A stretch of DNA of 39,552 nucleotides from Spirogloea muscicola (taxonomy: Eukaryota). The stretch is from positions 509,719 through 549,270 of the forward strand of contig WELB01000032.1 in assembly GCA_009602725.1 (NCBI GenBank), written 5' to 3'. The translations under genes were made by a program, and so were the position numbers. Below the pieces are notes generated by a model that saw only the letters and a list, made by a program, of their open reading frames with translations, had not been told where the DNA came from and did not search any database. Of this stretch, positions 1-12,619 are shown piece after piece. Each line of letters starts with the position of its first letter. Within the stretch, counting starts at the first letter, position 1.

Positions 1-16
1 TGGATGCCACTTGCAG

Positions 17-682
17 GACCAAGTTATGCTCCGGGTGCTGCTGCTGCTGGAGGTGGCCCTCGTCGCGGCCATCCTGGCGATGGCCGCGGCACTCCTGGTG
101 CTCTATACCACGCACGTCGGGCGCGGCGCTGGCACGAACCCGGCAATGCTGGCAAAGGTGCTGCAGGAGGACTGCCACCACCGCCAACCGCACGTGCCGG
201 ACTCGACGGACCTCCTTTGCGCGCTCGCTAAGGCCAAAGAGACCCGCGAGGCCTTCATGGCAGGTGAGCCTGCTGGTGCACCAGTGGCTCACTCCGGCCA
301 GTGATTGTGGCCCTCCTGTCTCCCCGCATTGTGTGCTGTTTGCTCAAAGCAGCAGGAGTAATCTGAGCTTCTTGTCCTGCTCATGACGTACCAGCAACTC
401 CTTACGGCATTGTGCAGGATATTTCCGAGGCCGTCCAGCACATGGCAGCACACACAAATCATCTTCGGCTCCACGGCCAAAAGCTGAGGTGTTTTATCGG
501 ACCCCTGCATTTGCTTCCGCTTAGCAGCACCCACTTGCAGGAAGTGCTGACGGTGGCCAATGTGAGTGATGTCCAATGTGCGGGCTGCTGGTGTCTGGCT
601 CTAGCACCTCAGACCAGATTGATATTGCATGACTGCGCAGGAAACAAGGACCACAGAGACAACCATGGGAGAAGTGCCATGA
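17..682 (+). CDS. 3' part of an unknown spliced gene (hydrophobic segment followed by a low-complexity tail); 5' end lies outside the window
   Basis: Four candidate exons (17-263, 418-488, 541-561, 641-682) have canonical (t)gcag/gt boundaries and join in one frame: DQVMLRVLLLLEVALVAAILAMAAALLVLY...AFMAG-YFRGRPAHGSTHKSSSAPRPKAE-EVLTVAN-ETRTTETTMGEVP*. No family recognised. Confidence 0.5.
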
Positions 683-1020
683 GCATCCTTCATTGATGTG
701 GCTTGCTTACCTAGCAAGACATGACCACCTGCCACAGACTGCATTTCGTGTACAAGTTATACACCTGGCATACTGAATTGCAAACGATCAATGTTTTCTT
801 CATTAGCCAGTTTCTTTAGGCAATCCACTGCACCAATTGGTGCAGGGCAATCGAGGACATGGACGCCGAGCACCATGCTTCCATAGAATATGGAGAATAT
901 GGAAGAATACCCTTCCATGGTCGATCATGCTGGACCCTAGAGCTGAATTGTTGAGGAGAATGTCGTCCTCCTCATGCAGTCCAAAAAGTAGAAGCACTAA
1001 GGCAGTGTGTACTTTACCCC

Positions 1021-4000
1021 CTACCGGAACAGCATCTTGAGCTCCTCAATACGGGCAGAGCGCACTTCTTGGTCTGTCAAAGCTCCGTTCACTAACTGCT
1101 GCTTTCTTTTCTGCACCACCTGCATTCGCTCCTCAACGGTTCCCTGAGAGTAGCAAAAGAGCCAGGCACTGTGAGTTCACCATCATCCAAAGTCTACTGC
1201 ATATAGCTGAATGACCATGTTCGCTAGATGCCCTCAGACGTGCGCAGCGAGGATCTCATCAATTATCTTACTGAAAGACATTCTTCCCCACATCAGCGGG
1301 AGCTCAAAAGTTGACAGGGAAGGAGACCTTGATAATGAAGCGAGTCACAGATACGGGTCTTGTTTGACCAATTCGATGAACTCGCATGATGGCCTGCTCC
1401 TCTACTGCAGGGTTCCACCATGGGTCCTAGAGTACATGATAGATGTGTGACAATCATTCCAATCAGCAAGTAAAGTGCCAACTAGTAATAAATGATAAAT
1501 AGTAATGTGGTGAAGCAGATGGCTTTGCCAATGAGCACACCATGAGTTTATTCGATTTATTGTATTTATGCAATGCAGATTGTATGTCATCAAGCGTCCA
1601 CCATGCAATCAAGAGAAAAGACGTACCAGCAGGAATGCATTTGATGCTGCAGTCAGATTGATGCCAACCCCACCAGCCTTAAGTGATATCAGCATCACCT
1701 GGAATCTTCAATACACCAATAAGAGTCTAACACAATGTGCTCTTACATAAGCGAGGGCCTTAACAGAATTAGCAGGATGCCTTCGTCCAACGAGCTGACT
1801 ATTTAGCAAATCAGGGCAAGCACTGACCTGTATGCAACTATTAGTACTGAACTCCTTGATAGCCTTTTCTCGCTGTTGCTGACTTAGACTGCCATCTAAT
1901 CGGACAAAGCTGTAATATTTCCTGAAACAAGGGCAATGCATGGCTTCAGAAAGAGGCTGAATCTCAAGGTGTAGCTTGCACACAGACTACATCTGCTATG
2001 AAAACTCAATGGCATCTTAGAACTGCTACTTTGCCTTTCAGCTTGAAGATGTGCATGTCCTTAAATCTAATCCCAAGATAAATGTTTATCATTATGTGCT
2101 TTCTCTGAAATTTTTCTTTGTGCTTCCAAAATCGTCAATAGCTGTCCACTGTTTTGAGTGGACTCCCTGAAATCTTGGGTAGTCTCTGTTGTGATGGGAA
2201 AGGCTCATCTCTCACCTTTTCAGGGGAATCTGTAGTAAATCCAGAAAGGCAGTCCACTGTGAGAAGACTATGCTTTTTTCCCCAGAGGCTCGAAGTGAGT
2301 CCAGAGCTGCCATGAGCGCGTTGACCTTGGCAGAAGGAGTCCAACTGGCCTCGACATCTACCTGGAATCGGCTCTCTGAGGGAGCCGTAATAAGATCCGC
2401 CTTGCCAACGTGGAGCCTGGAGCAGACACCAACAGCTGAAGTCAGGCAAACCAAACAAGACCTCCCACTTCACAAATGAGAGAGTTGTAGTGATCCCAGA
2501 TACAGTCACAAGGAGCGTGTGTACCTGCACACAGGACAGATACCCCCACTTGTGTTGCTGAAGGAGCTCAGCAGGCACTCCCGGCAGAAGCAATGAGCAC
2601 ACGGTGTGAAGACAGCATCCTCAAACGGATCGAGGCAGATGGGGCACTCTGTACTTTGGCCCTTTCTCAACTCCTCAACCACACCCTGTACAAATTTCTT
2701 GGACGGCCCGTCTGCGCCTCCGTTCTTGAGGAACTTCCTACCCAGCTTGTTGAGGTCTGCAAAATCTGCAGTGTCCCCGCGGCTGCAGGTACAACAGTTT
2801 GACTGTTTGGGGAACTGAAATGCACCATGTAATCTTTCCAGGACTGAAGCAAAAAATCGTGCAGATTACCATGCACAGTAGATGTATACATGCATTCATC
2901 AACAGCCAAGGGAAGGCATTGGTGCCAATATGACCTCAAAACAAGGAAGGGATGGTCACAACACTGCCGAAGTCTCAGAAGAAGCTCCAAGATGGAGGCA
3001 TAGTTGTGTAACACCTTTCCCTGCCTCACAAAATCGTCAAATTTGACCTGCACCGACCAAGAGAGACATAAAATCTGTGTGGTCAACTGGGCTGTGATGG
3101 CCAAAGTGCTCCTTGCTGCCACATCATGAGCACTTCCAAGCTTAGAGTCTTTCTAGTGCATTATGGCACGACTCTGCATCAACAGGGATGTTATCAACAT
3201 GTCCTGCAATGCATCACCAGGGTGTCAAGGAACACACCTTGGAACGCTTGTACAAGGCATCATAGAAGTCCCGCTCTGTTTCTGATAAGTCGCACTCCAC
3301 AACACGGCAAGTGGCGGCTGGAAGTATCAAGATAGGCTTGCCGTCTGTATCTGTGCTCTCTTTTGTCCTCCTCAGCATCAAGGGCTTCAAAATTCCCTGT
3401 AGGAGCTTCAGGCTGCGTTGATCGCCATCTTCATATGGTTTCTGTATGAGCTTGTTCCACCTGGAGAAGCATGCGAACATCAGCCTCAAGCTTGCACAGA
3501 AGGTCACCATGAGCCTTTGCAATCACATGTCCTGCTTTACATTCATGCTAGAATAAGTTGGGTCATGGCAACATCCGTAGAATGAGGTCCTAAGCGCAAG
3601 CGCCTATTGAGACAAAAGTTGCAAGGCAATGTTGCAGGCATCACCATCCCCAATTTGCCCAGGGCTCAACGCGCAGAAAGTGCAGAAGACTGAAGATGTC
3701 CTCCAGCTGGTTCTGCTCCCCAGGCAGGCCAGACAGCAGGTCAGCCTACTGACTCCGACTTCATGACAATGATGTTCCATACTTTTACAATCTACAGAGA
3801 CTTCTCACAACACGAAAGAAAGAGTAGAAGACCTGAATGGGCGTCCCTGTGAGGCACCATCGGTGGTCAGCATTCAGGTGGTAAACAGCTTTTGCAGTCT
3901 GCGATCGGAATGCCTTAATCGTGTGCGCCTCGTCTAGGACCACTCTGTGCCAATGGACGGAATGAACAGGCCCATCATCAAGAAAATTCTGCACATAGCA

Positions 4001-7000
4001 TTCAATCCAATGTCAGGAAGACCCCTCCATACATAGCAGCAACTGACATCATCAACACAATCACTGGACTTGCACAAAAGCATGGCAACATTTATGGTAG
4101 GGTGTACCTCGTTGTTGCACTCAGATGCCAAGACACCATAGGATGTGAGGACAACATCATGCTCTAGAAGTTGCCGGCGCTCCTTGGCCCTGTCTGTCCC
4201 GTAGTACGTATACACACTCCAGGTGCCCGCTTTCACATGAGTCTCAGACTCAGCCTGCCAGGCTGAAACGGTGTGAGCTGGAAGGCACCAATGGACTGAA
4301 GACAAGATTCACATGTAACATATATCTGCACGTACCAAATGTGCTGCACACAATGGTGCATTCTGTCACAGATATTCATCAGTTGCTGGCAGACACAAAG
4401 GTTACCGCACTGCCAAACAACATATCTTAACATTTATTGACAGTGGGACACTAGAAACTCATCATACCTTCCACTGACTCAGTAAGGTCATTGGGCACAC
4501 GATCAGTGTCCCTCCTCCGCGCGTATCTCTTTTGCGGCCCTTGCGAGAAGTTCTTCCTTCCACCTCGCCATCAGATTCTCCCCAGGCATGCGCTGTCCCA
4601 GATTCGATTTTGCTTTGCTCACTCGAGGCTGCTATGTCTGCCTTCAGGTTCCCTCCTCTACCTCTATTGGCCACAAGGAGAGACAGTGTCATCACGGTCT
4701 TCCCCAGACCCATTGCGTCTCCCAAGATCTGCACAATTGGCACAAGGTTTGATTGGTATGTCTTCATCAGCTTGGTGGTACTGCATCGTCAATAAGAAAG
4801 CATGACACACCCCAAGGCACAATCTGCGCTTTCAGCAAGCAATAAGGTGCACATGTACATCCCAGTCAACCTGAACATCTCAAAAATTGGGCCACTGTGT
4901 GAGCATCACGACAGTCAAGCATGGCATATGGGGCATGAATTGCACAATGCAGAAAAGAAGTCATGAGCATCTGAATCTTTCATTCAGGCAGCAACTGGCC
5001 ATCACTTACTCCGCCTCTTGCTCTTTGTAGCGAGCTTGGGAAGTCCAGGCTTGCCTCTCCAGAGAAGACATTGTGGTAGAAGGGAGTCCGTCTCCTGCAT
5101 TCGCACGAATATAAGCTAGTGATGGAGGTGATCAAAGGACCATGTTATCAGTTTACAGACCGTGATGTACCTAGTGGATGTGTTCCAATGACAGAAGCTG
5201 TGTTCACCCTGTACACAAAAGAGGATCAATTTTCAACCAGCACTTACTCATCTGCCAATTCATATGCCTCCCAGCAAGGGTGGAGAGACTGTGATGTGCT
5301 GTCATCCAAAGCAGAGATCTCTTTATCCAACATCCAGTAAAGAGCTTGCTTCTGATATGGTCTCAGGTCGCATGTCATGGCATCTGGAGGATCCATTTCC
5401 TGCATCATTCCGAGCCAGGCCACAACGATCATTGAATCACAGATTCACCAAGTGAGCACACCATCATTCAAAAATTGACTGAAGCTACAATTGACGGCTC
5501 TGTTTGTGCTTTGGCTGCTCTAGCGCTTGATCATGGCACTTTCTGCAACATGCATTTCCGAGAAGCAGTGCTTACCGCAAGCTCATCCGCGGCGGTAGTC
5601 CCCACAAGCCTGCTGACCTCAGAATCAGAGAGCACTTTTCCGCCCTCTTCCCCACCTTCATCTCCTCCACCAGCCACGGCGGCCAAACCTGCCATTGCAG
5701 GCTCGATCCTCACCCGTTTTGCAGCAGGGAGAATTGTGGTAGGCTGGGCAGCCTGTACAAGGAATTACACATTTCAATGTATATCTTGCTTGGGCAGACT
5801 CAGCAACCACTCTCAGCTAAGAGCTACCACATTCAATCAATCTAATAGCTGTTTCCTCAGACAGCATGCGTAGTCACTTCAATATCACTGTTTACTGCAT
5901 AACCAAGCAAACTCTCAGTCAAACAAGCCCTGTATTACAACACATGGGGGGAGCCTATGCAGGTGTGCTGTGTGAGGTGGCTGCTAGTTGAAGATCAACC
6001 TCTGCAGATGCAGCAGGAGCTGTTGCAGAGCCCTGCAGGGCCCTCTTGCTCTTCTCAAAGTCTTCGGGTGTAAATTCTGCCTGCACGTTCCAGCAGAAGG
6101 AAATGAGTCAGGCCCAAAGCACCTGCTTGAGTGTCTCAGGAAGAGGCTCCAAGAAGAGGTGAATTTTCCCTAACAAGGCCCTGGATTCAGGATTCAGAGA
6201 CAGCAAAAGCCTGAACCTTCTGGCTGGGCTCCATGTGGAAGAATCGAAGCAGGAGCGACAGCGGGTGCCCAGTTGTGGTCTCGGAGAGGGCTGAGGCTGC
6301 GCTGGCCGACGCGCTCACTGCGGGGCTTTTGAAAAGGACGCTGCTGACGTAGACCCTGAGCAGAACAAAGTGCTCATTCTCAGTCAGCCCCTTGCACTGG
6401 AGGCATCCAAGCTGATCTTCCGTGTCAGACCAGCAGAATCAGGCAAGGAGTATGGCCCTGCTTGACCTGTCTCAAACTTCTACATGTACATAGGGATCAC
6501 CAGCATCTGGTAGTTGGTCTCGTGGTAACGACCTCATGTCCAAGTAAACAGGGTCCATCATCTGCAAGTAGCTGGGAGCTGAGATACAAGTAGCCTCCAC
6601 CCTGGCCTTGCCAGAGAGGACCAGGGGCACCAAGGCCTTGCCTAGCTCGTTGGGAAGCCTGCCAATCTGCAAGGCACGGCATAGTTGCTCATGCATTCAG
6701 CAATCACGAACTCCTAATATCACTGTCACTAGGTTACAGGCAGTTGTGCTAACATCACCGGAATCAGAAGCAGAGCTAGTCAGGTCTCCTCACCTCCCCG
6801 CCAGCCACTGTGCCAAAGCGGACAATCTCGGAGCTACCGGCTGACAGCCTGCCCTTGACGCCCCAGGGCTTCTTCCTGTCCACGCCGCCAGGCTCTGCGA
6901 TACGCTTGGGGAATGTGAACTGGACGACCTCGCCGACCTTGAGCTTCGGGCCCTTGGTTACGGAGCACGCCGCCACATGGGCCTGGCTGAACAGCCACCA

Positions 7001-7483
7001 CTGGACGCCCCCGTGGTCCACCTTCTCCCTCGCCGAGCGACCAGATTTACTGGCCCCGCCGTTGGCTCTAGTAGCGGGCAAAGCGGAATTACGGCTCGCC
7101 ATCGAGACGCTGGCTCGCCCTTTGCCCATGTCCGGCCCGCCTGACTGCGAGAGCGGATCCCTCTCTGCCGCATCCTGGCCCCCCTGTCGCTGAATGACCA
7201 CCTGCTCCGCGGAAGGAGGGGGCGTCGGCGGGGCAGCCAACGCCATTGGCGGCGCCGGCGGGCTGCTGGATGCCCGTTGAGGTGCCTGCTGCTGCGGCTG
7301 CTGCGGCGGCGGCGGCGGCGGCGGTGTTTGTGGCTGCGGAGGACGATCCAGGAGGAGGTTGATGGCGCGCGTGACGTCGTTGTTGGCCAGGTGCAGGTAG
7401 CGGATGATGTCCATCTCGGAGAGGCCATCGCCGACGACGGCCTGCACGGCTACGACGGCGCTGCGGCGCACCGAGCCTCTCAT
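1021..7483 (-). CDS. RAD5A: DNA repair protein RAD5A-like (HIRAN + SNF2 helicase + RING E3 ligase), multi-exon
   Basis: N-terminus [35 protein letters not shown] resembles plant RAD5[38 protein letters not shown]2 motifs: [94 protein letters not shown]...CPVCR at ~2525-2647. Also [34 protein letters not shown]. Last exon reads [39 protein letters not shown] with stop at 1021-1023. Start is ATG 7483 or 7492. Confidence 0.96.
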
Positions 7484-7877
7484 CTGCACCATCACCTCGC
7501 GCTGCGGGAGGAGCTGAGCGGCCAGCAGCCCGACCAGCCACAGCCGACAAGGCGGCACATGGCCGACGCGAAGCCCGTCACGCCAGCCTTCTGAGCAAGC
7601 GCAGCTCCCAAGCAGCCCCAAGGCGGCGGTGGCGGCGCGGCGGTGGCGCTCAGCTCAAGTGCAGAGGTCGTGGCGGTACAAGGTGCGAAGCGAAAGCGTG
7701 CTTGCTCGGCAGCCAAGTTGCTCCAACCCATACATCTCGCGTGTGCCTGACGGACCGCCGTAATCGGCTGAGCCCTCTCGTGCTAAGGGCCGTCTAGCAC
7801 CGTCGAGGCCCAATGCTGGAAGGTACACTTTCGCTGCCGCTTGTCCCGCTGCCAGCCTGAGGCACTGACTGACAAGC

Positions 7878-8088
7878 AATGGAGTGTGTATTGAGTGATG
7901 GAGGGCCTGAGTGGCCAAGTACAAAGGCAAGCACACTGACAGATCCACATCACCTGCTGCTAAGCTGACCCGCTCACTAACCTCGAGTTAGCATGTAGAG
8001 GTCGCTAACTGTTGCCTGAATATTGGATGGCAATTGACAAGCCTCGTGTCACTAGCTAAGGCTCGACCAGCTTTCTGGCGCTTTTTGG
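7878..8088 (-). mobile_element. 5'-truncated RLE non-LTR retrotransposon fragment (family B)
   Basis: Minus strand encodes a degenerate RQKAGRALAS..LPSNIQATVSDLYMLTRG*, followed by 3' UTR cttgcctttgtacttggcca. Homologous to 11832-12040. Flanked by a perfect 12-bp direct repeat tgactgacaagc (7866-7877 and 8089-8100). Confidence 0.85.
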
Positions 8089-9653
8089 TGACTGACAAGC
8101 GGTGCCGAGTGACCCAAGCGGGTAACAGTGACTATTGCCTTGATCTGGCTACATCTCATTTCATGCGCTCTACGAGCTCGTTTCGGATGAAACGTCACGG
8201 TTTATGGCTTCCTGCCCCTAGATTCATCCTTTGGGCTGGCTTCACACCGCCATCGCCTTACTTTGATTTCCATCTCTTCTAGGACCTTGACTGTGATCCT
8301 TCAGTGGACTGGCCTTTGCAGCCCTCTCCCCCGTCGGAAGAGCTACTTTGCCTCCTTCCCAGCCGTCCTCCCTCTTTTTAGGAGCTTGTTTACATTGCCA
8401 TCATCTGTTCTTTTAAAGCTCTTCCTGAGTGAGGACAGCGGCTGGTACCCTGAACTGTGAAATGTGATACTTGAGATTGGTGGCCGCTCTCGCTCCTCCC
8501 CACTCCTGCAGCACCCTCTGCTCTATTTTGTGAGTTTCCTTATGCAGGCACTCTTCTTCCGCAGTTCTTCTGACTATCTCATGAGACAAGAGAAAGCTCT
8601 TCAGAACAGGGTGGTGTGAAGGGCCAGCCCTGACGAATAAGAAGAGGACAAACAGAAGCACTCAACTAGCCATGAACCCCAGCATCTGCAGCTCCCTGTT
8701 GACTGACAGCTACTTTTCTATCAAGGCGCCAGGTGCCCATACTACACCAGAACTTGCAGTTGGCCGCTTCCTACCTTGTTAGGCGGATTTCCTAGTTGGC
8801 GCATTCCACTTGACTTCCTGTGATTGCCTCCTCACAGCCCATACCTCGAAAGGGAAACAAGCATCTGCGCTCGCTGAAGCGCTTCCCTGGATCCTAGCCT
8901 CGCCGCACAGCCACTCACACCCCTTAGAGCTGGCGCCTAATGTGGCGTGGTCGCTCCTCTCCCACGTCATACTACCTGATCTCCTGTCTAGGAAATCGTG
9001 GATCTTGTCCAGTACAACCTCCATGTCTTCTTCAATTGCTGTCCGACTCTTCCTTGATTTTGCGCTTCTGCAAGATATGGACATGCCCTTCAACTAAAGA
9101 GCCTTTCTTGGAGCATTGTAAAGAACGACTTTGCAGATACGAATCCTCTGGTAAGTCAACAAGCTCCAGAGGGCACACGCACCTTAGATTCATGATTACT
9201 CCACTGCAATGCTCCTCAATAGCCTCCACAAGTTGCTGAGAGGTGCATGCAACAACGTGGCAGCAATAATTGCCCTTGACTGAACCTGCTCCAAGGATTT
9301 GCGTTGCGATAGTTGGAGCTCTATCCGGCAGCCTCACAGACTGCCTAGCTGCTGCAATGTGGACGGCACAGACTAGCAGCAAGAATGCTCCGCACCCCCA
9401 TAACAAAAGATGGGTAGGATAGAGTGCTCAGGTAGTGAGCAGTACATAGCCCTTAAGGGCTCAAGATTTCGAGAATCTGCCTGCAAATATTCTGTTGCTA
9501 AGAGAGTGGAATGCAGGAGTAAAATGAACAACATTGGCATCCGCATGGTCGCATAAGACAACGTCAAAAGACAACAGCTATAACTAGAAGCTCACCAAGG
9601 CGCTCAGAAATCTGTGGTGTGAAAGGGCTTCACTGAGGCCAAAGCTGGCAACC

Positions 9654-10203
9654 TCAGAACCACGCCTTCTTCTTGTTTTCCTCTAGCCTGAGCATTCGCT
9701 GCAACGTGACAGGAGAGCAACAGCAATGAAAATTAAGGAGGTGCACAGTGTGCAGTTTTACTCAAAGTATGATACCTATTCCATGCTCGCAGCGTCATGT
9801 AAGTGATATCGTTGAGTTGCGGTCCTGTATCACAAACAATGGCATCAGGCCAAATGTGCGACTAAAGCAGACCTCAAGCTTCTTGCAGTCCTTGTAAGCC
9901 TGAAAGTAGTTCTGGCACTTGGTCTTATCGTATGCTGAGTCGTCAAGGCCTGCGCTACAACCATCCAAGATGGGTTGAAGTGGTACACAGATGAGCTTAT
10001 CAGCACGTCCACAGGCATGAGGCTCTGCCAGCACATGACAACCTCCTTCGTCAGGAAACAACACAATGCAAATTGCGTGGCTCGTGCGACCTCAACAACT
10101 TGATGCAGGTACACTTACACTTGAGGGAGGCAGCGTACTCCTGCGCGCACGGAGAGCTGGCAAGCTTATTGACGCCTGTGCCGGCCCTGCTCTCAGACAT
10201 CAT
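9654..10203 (-). CDS. COX23: Cytochrome c oxidase assembly factor COX23/CHCHD7-like twin CX9C protein, 3 exons, ~68 aa
   Basis: Exons 10203-10119, 9949-9873 and 9698-9654 have GT-AG boundaries and give MMSESRAGTGVNKLASSPCAQEYAASLKCLDDSAYDKTKCQNYFQAYKDCKKLERMLRLEENKKKAWF*, with two CX9C motifs. Confidence 0.88.
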
Positions 10204-10772
10204 CGGCTGCGCAGCCAAGCCTGTGTGGGGCAACCAGAGTGCTTGCAATGTACCGATGCGCGACGAGGCCCGAAACGGGCCAATCTGCTCGCTTGCTGAT
10301 TCTACGATCGCCCACAGAAGTACAGCGCACCTTCTAAGTGACCTTCCACTTAGTTCCTTACCACGAAGTCTTTACTAGGGAGTAAGACCTGACACCCATC
10401 TTCAAGAGCCAGTAATTGTGCTTGCTGCAATCAACCAGACCGGCAGCTCTGCTGTCATTGCTGCAAAACATTCAGTAGGTGGTGCCGCAGCTCGAGGCAG
10501 CTGTGAGCGAGCTCGACTCCATGGCGACGGCGTTGCTGTGGTGCCGCGGAGAGAGCAGCGTGCCGCGAGCCGAGCAGCCCTTTTGGGGGACGTCTAGAGT
10601 CGGCAGCCGGCAGAGGATGAGACGGGCGGGGAGGCAAGCTGCCACGAGGTGCGACTGTCTCGGTGCGGAAGGCGGGGGGCTGAGCAGTGGTAATGGTTCC
10701 CTCGGCCAGCTGCGGAGCTGCGGGGTATGTGCTCACCGTCTCTGGAAGGAAGCGCGCAGAGCGCATGCGATG

Positions 10773-10832
10773 AAAGAAGTGTTCGCCCATTGAGGATAGG
10801 GGCTGGGAACGGCCAGCCCAAGAAGAATGAAT
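10773..10832 (-). mobile_element. Tail-only remnant of an RLE retroelement (family C/D 3' end)
   Basis: Minus strand ttcttcttgggctggccgttcccagcccctatcctcaatgggcgaacacttctttc matches the tails at ~29200-29256 and ~30520-30572. Confidence 0.7.
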
Positions 10833-11001
10833 GATGAGAGGAGGCCAAAGCAAGCCTGTTTGAAGAAGCAATGGAGAGTCAACTAAAAGCAATAGATGGT
10901 CAATTGAAATCGATTGAGAGTCAAGGGGCCTTATGGAGTTGATCGGGCTCACATAACATGCAGCTCCAGGGATGACTGTTCTAATTGGTATGTTTCAAGC
11001 A

Positions 11002-11034
11002 AGCCCAGGACATTCGTCCTGAATGTCCTGGGCT
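11002..11034. repeat. Perfect 14-bp inverted repeat with 5-nt loop
   Basis: agcccaggacattc-gtcct-gaatgtcctgggct. Confidence 0.85.
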
Positions 11035-11831
11035 ATTTAGAGTCATAGGTTAGTCACCCCACAGATCCTCTATACATTCCATGTCCTGACATGGAATACT
11101 GCATTTCTTATGCACTGATAGTCCAGGTGGAGGCCTTTCAGGAGTGGAATGACGATACCAAGGACCATACACCTGGCAAACAACAGGTTATGAGATGACA
11201 TGGCTTGAATTTTCTCGCAGGTCGCATCGCATCCCAGATTTTGTTTAGTTGCAAGGTAATTAAGAGGAATGCTATAATCTGCATACATTGTGAGCTTGTG
11301 GTTGGTGTGCTTCCAAATTGGGGTAGTACTTGAAACACTGTCAATGCAGGCGGTGAAGGAGGCATTCAAGTGGTTGCAGCAACTGTACCAGGAAGAGGAG
11401 GAGAAGGAGGAGGAAAGGATTGATTTTGTTGGCGCAACTTTAGCACCTCAAATTGTAGGGGGAGAGATGATGCAGAATTCACCTTCACTGACTTCAATCT
11501 CAGATGATGGCTCTTGTGGTATCTTGGATTATTAGGATGCCGGCCTCATCCGAGTCCGCTGGACGCCATCAGGGCCGCCGGAGAGGAGCCCCACCTTTGT
11601 ACAGCGCACGAGTGAAACGTTGAAAGAACATACGCACAAACTTCTCCCCACATTTCGTCAATTCATTGAAAGCAAGCGCGGCCAGATTAACTGGTGGCTG
11701 GGAGAGGCCAGCCCAAAAGAATGGACAAGGTCTGAAGGAGTCGGAGTGCTAAGGACTGAGACAGCAGTAAGCGAACTCTCAGTAACCTCTCGTTAGTAGA
11801 TGCAAATCTGAATAGCTAGCAGGCGGAAAGA

Positions 11832-12471
11832 AAATTTACGTGTATTTGAAACAAACGAAGGCCACATGGCCAAGTACAAAGGCAAGCACATCTTAAGACC
11901 TACATAACCTACAGTAGATTGACCCGCTCAGAAACCACGGGTCAAAACATAAAGGTCGCTAACCGATGCCTGGATACTAGATGGCAGATACGAAGCCCTT
12001 CTGCCACCAACTAGAGCTCGCCCAGCTTTCTGGTGCAAAGCATTAGCCTGAGCACGCTGCAAACAGGCCGAAACTTGTCGTCGCAACAACGACAAATAAG
12101 CAGCTGGTAAGCCCATCTCAGCCGGGAACACATCTGCATGTCGTGTGTAGCCTAGATTGGCTATGTTTTGAAGGAGAGTAAGGAAACGAGGACCTAAGCA
12201 GCCGAAGATGTCGATTGCCGCTGGCAAGAGCTGATCACATCGGGGGTAATCGGAGTAAGAGAGCAAGCGCGGCCAGATTAACTGGTGGCTGGGAGAGGCC
12301 AGCCCAAAAGAATGGACAAGGAGTAGTGCTGCAACTTTCTCTGTTCAGCACTGCCCACTGCGTGGCCAGCGATGTGTGACGATGCTGGACCTTTATAGGC
12401 CTCCGTAACCACAATATCGACCAAAGCCCTTGGTCCTCCACCAGGTTGCACGCCCACAGTGTCAAGTGTGC
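11832..12471 (-). mobile_element. 5'-truncated RLE non-LTR retrotransposon (family B) carrying most of the restriction-like endonuclease domain, inserted into family A
   Basis: Encodes TLDTVGVQPGGGPRALVDIVVTEAYKGPASSHIAGHAVGSAEQRKLQHY/SDYPRCDQLLPAAIDIFGCLGPRFL...LRRQVSACLQRAQANALHQKAGRAL...SDLYVLTRGF*, an RLE pattern (D..D..E..K..Y, P....G..G, S..LQR..A). 10-bp TSD ggcggaaaga (11822-11831 and 12472-12481). Confidence 0.9.
12258..12319 (-). mobile_element. 62-nt tail-only insertion (family A 3' terminus) inside the family B RLE coding sequence
   Basis: TSD ggagta (12252-12257 and 12320-12325). Removing it restores QHYSDYP in frame. Confidence 0.88.
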
Positions 12472-12556
12472 GGCGGAAAGACGTCGCCCTGACGGAAGCC
12501 GGAGGCCGCCGCCAGAGCGCGGCCTGCGCGCAAGTGGACCGCAAAAGCTAGGGACC

Positions 12557-12619
12557 TTGTCCATTCTTTTGGGCTGGCCTCTCCCAGCCACCAGTTAATC
12601 TGGCCGCGCTTGCTTCTTT
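12557..12619 (+). mobile_element. 63-nt tail-only insertion (family A 3' terminus), antisense inside the family A copy
   Basis: 14-bp TSD aaaagctagggacc (12543-12556 and 12620-12633). Removing it restores LQRSLAFAVHL. Confidence 0.9.

Noticed and set aside
803..1040. Short ORFs beyond the RAD5A stop codon
   Set aside because: RAD5A ends at 1021 with its conserved C-terminus, so these ORFs lie in the presumed 3' UTR and have no motifs.
12570..12612. HDV-like ribozyme in the family A tail (tcccagcc similarity)
   Set aside because: I could not build the nested double-pseudoknot pairings, and R2-type HDV ribozymes lie at the 5' end. Only simple hairpins are supported.
12258..12619. Apparent ~60-bp terminal inverted repeats resembling a MITE or DNA transposon
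   Set aside because: Each arm has its own separate TSD and interrupts a different host element, so these are two independent insertions in opposite orientation.
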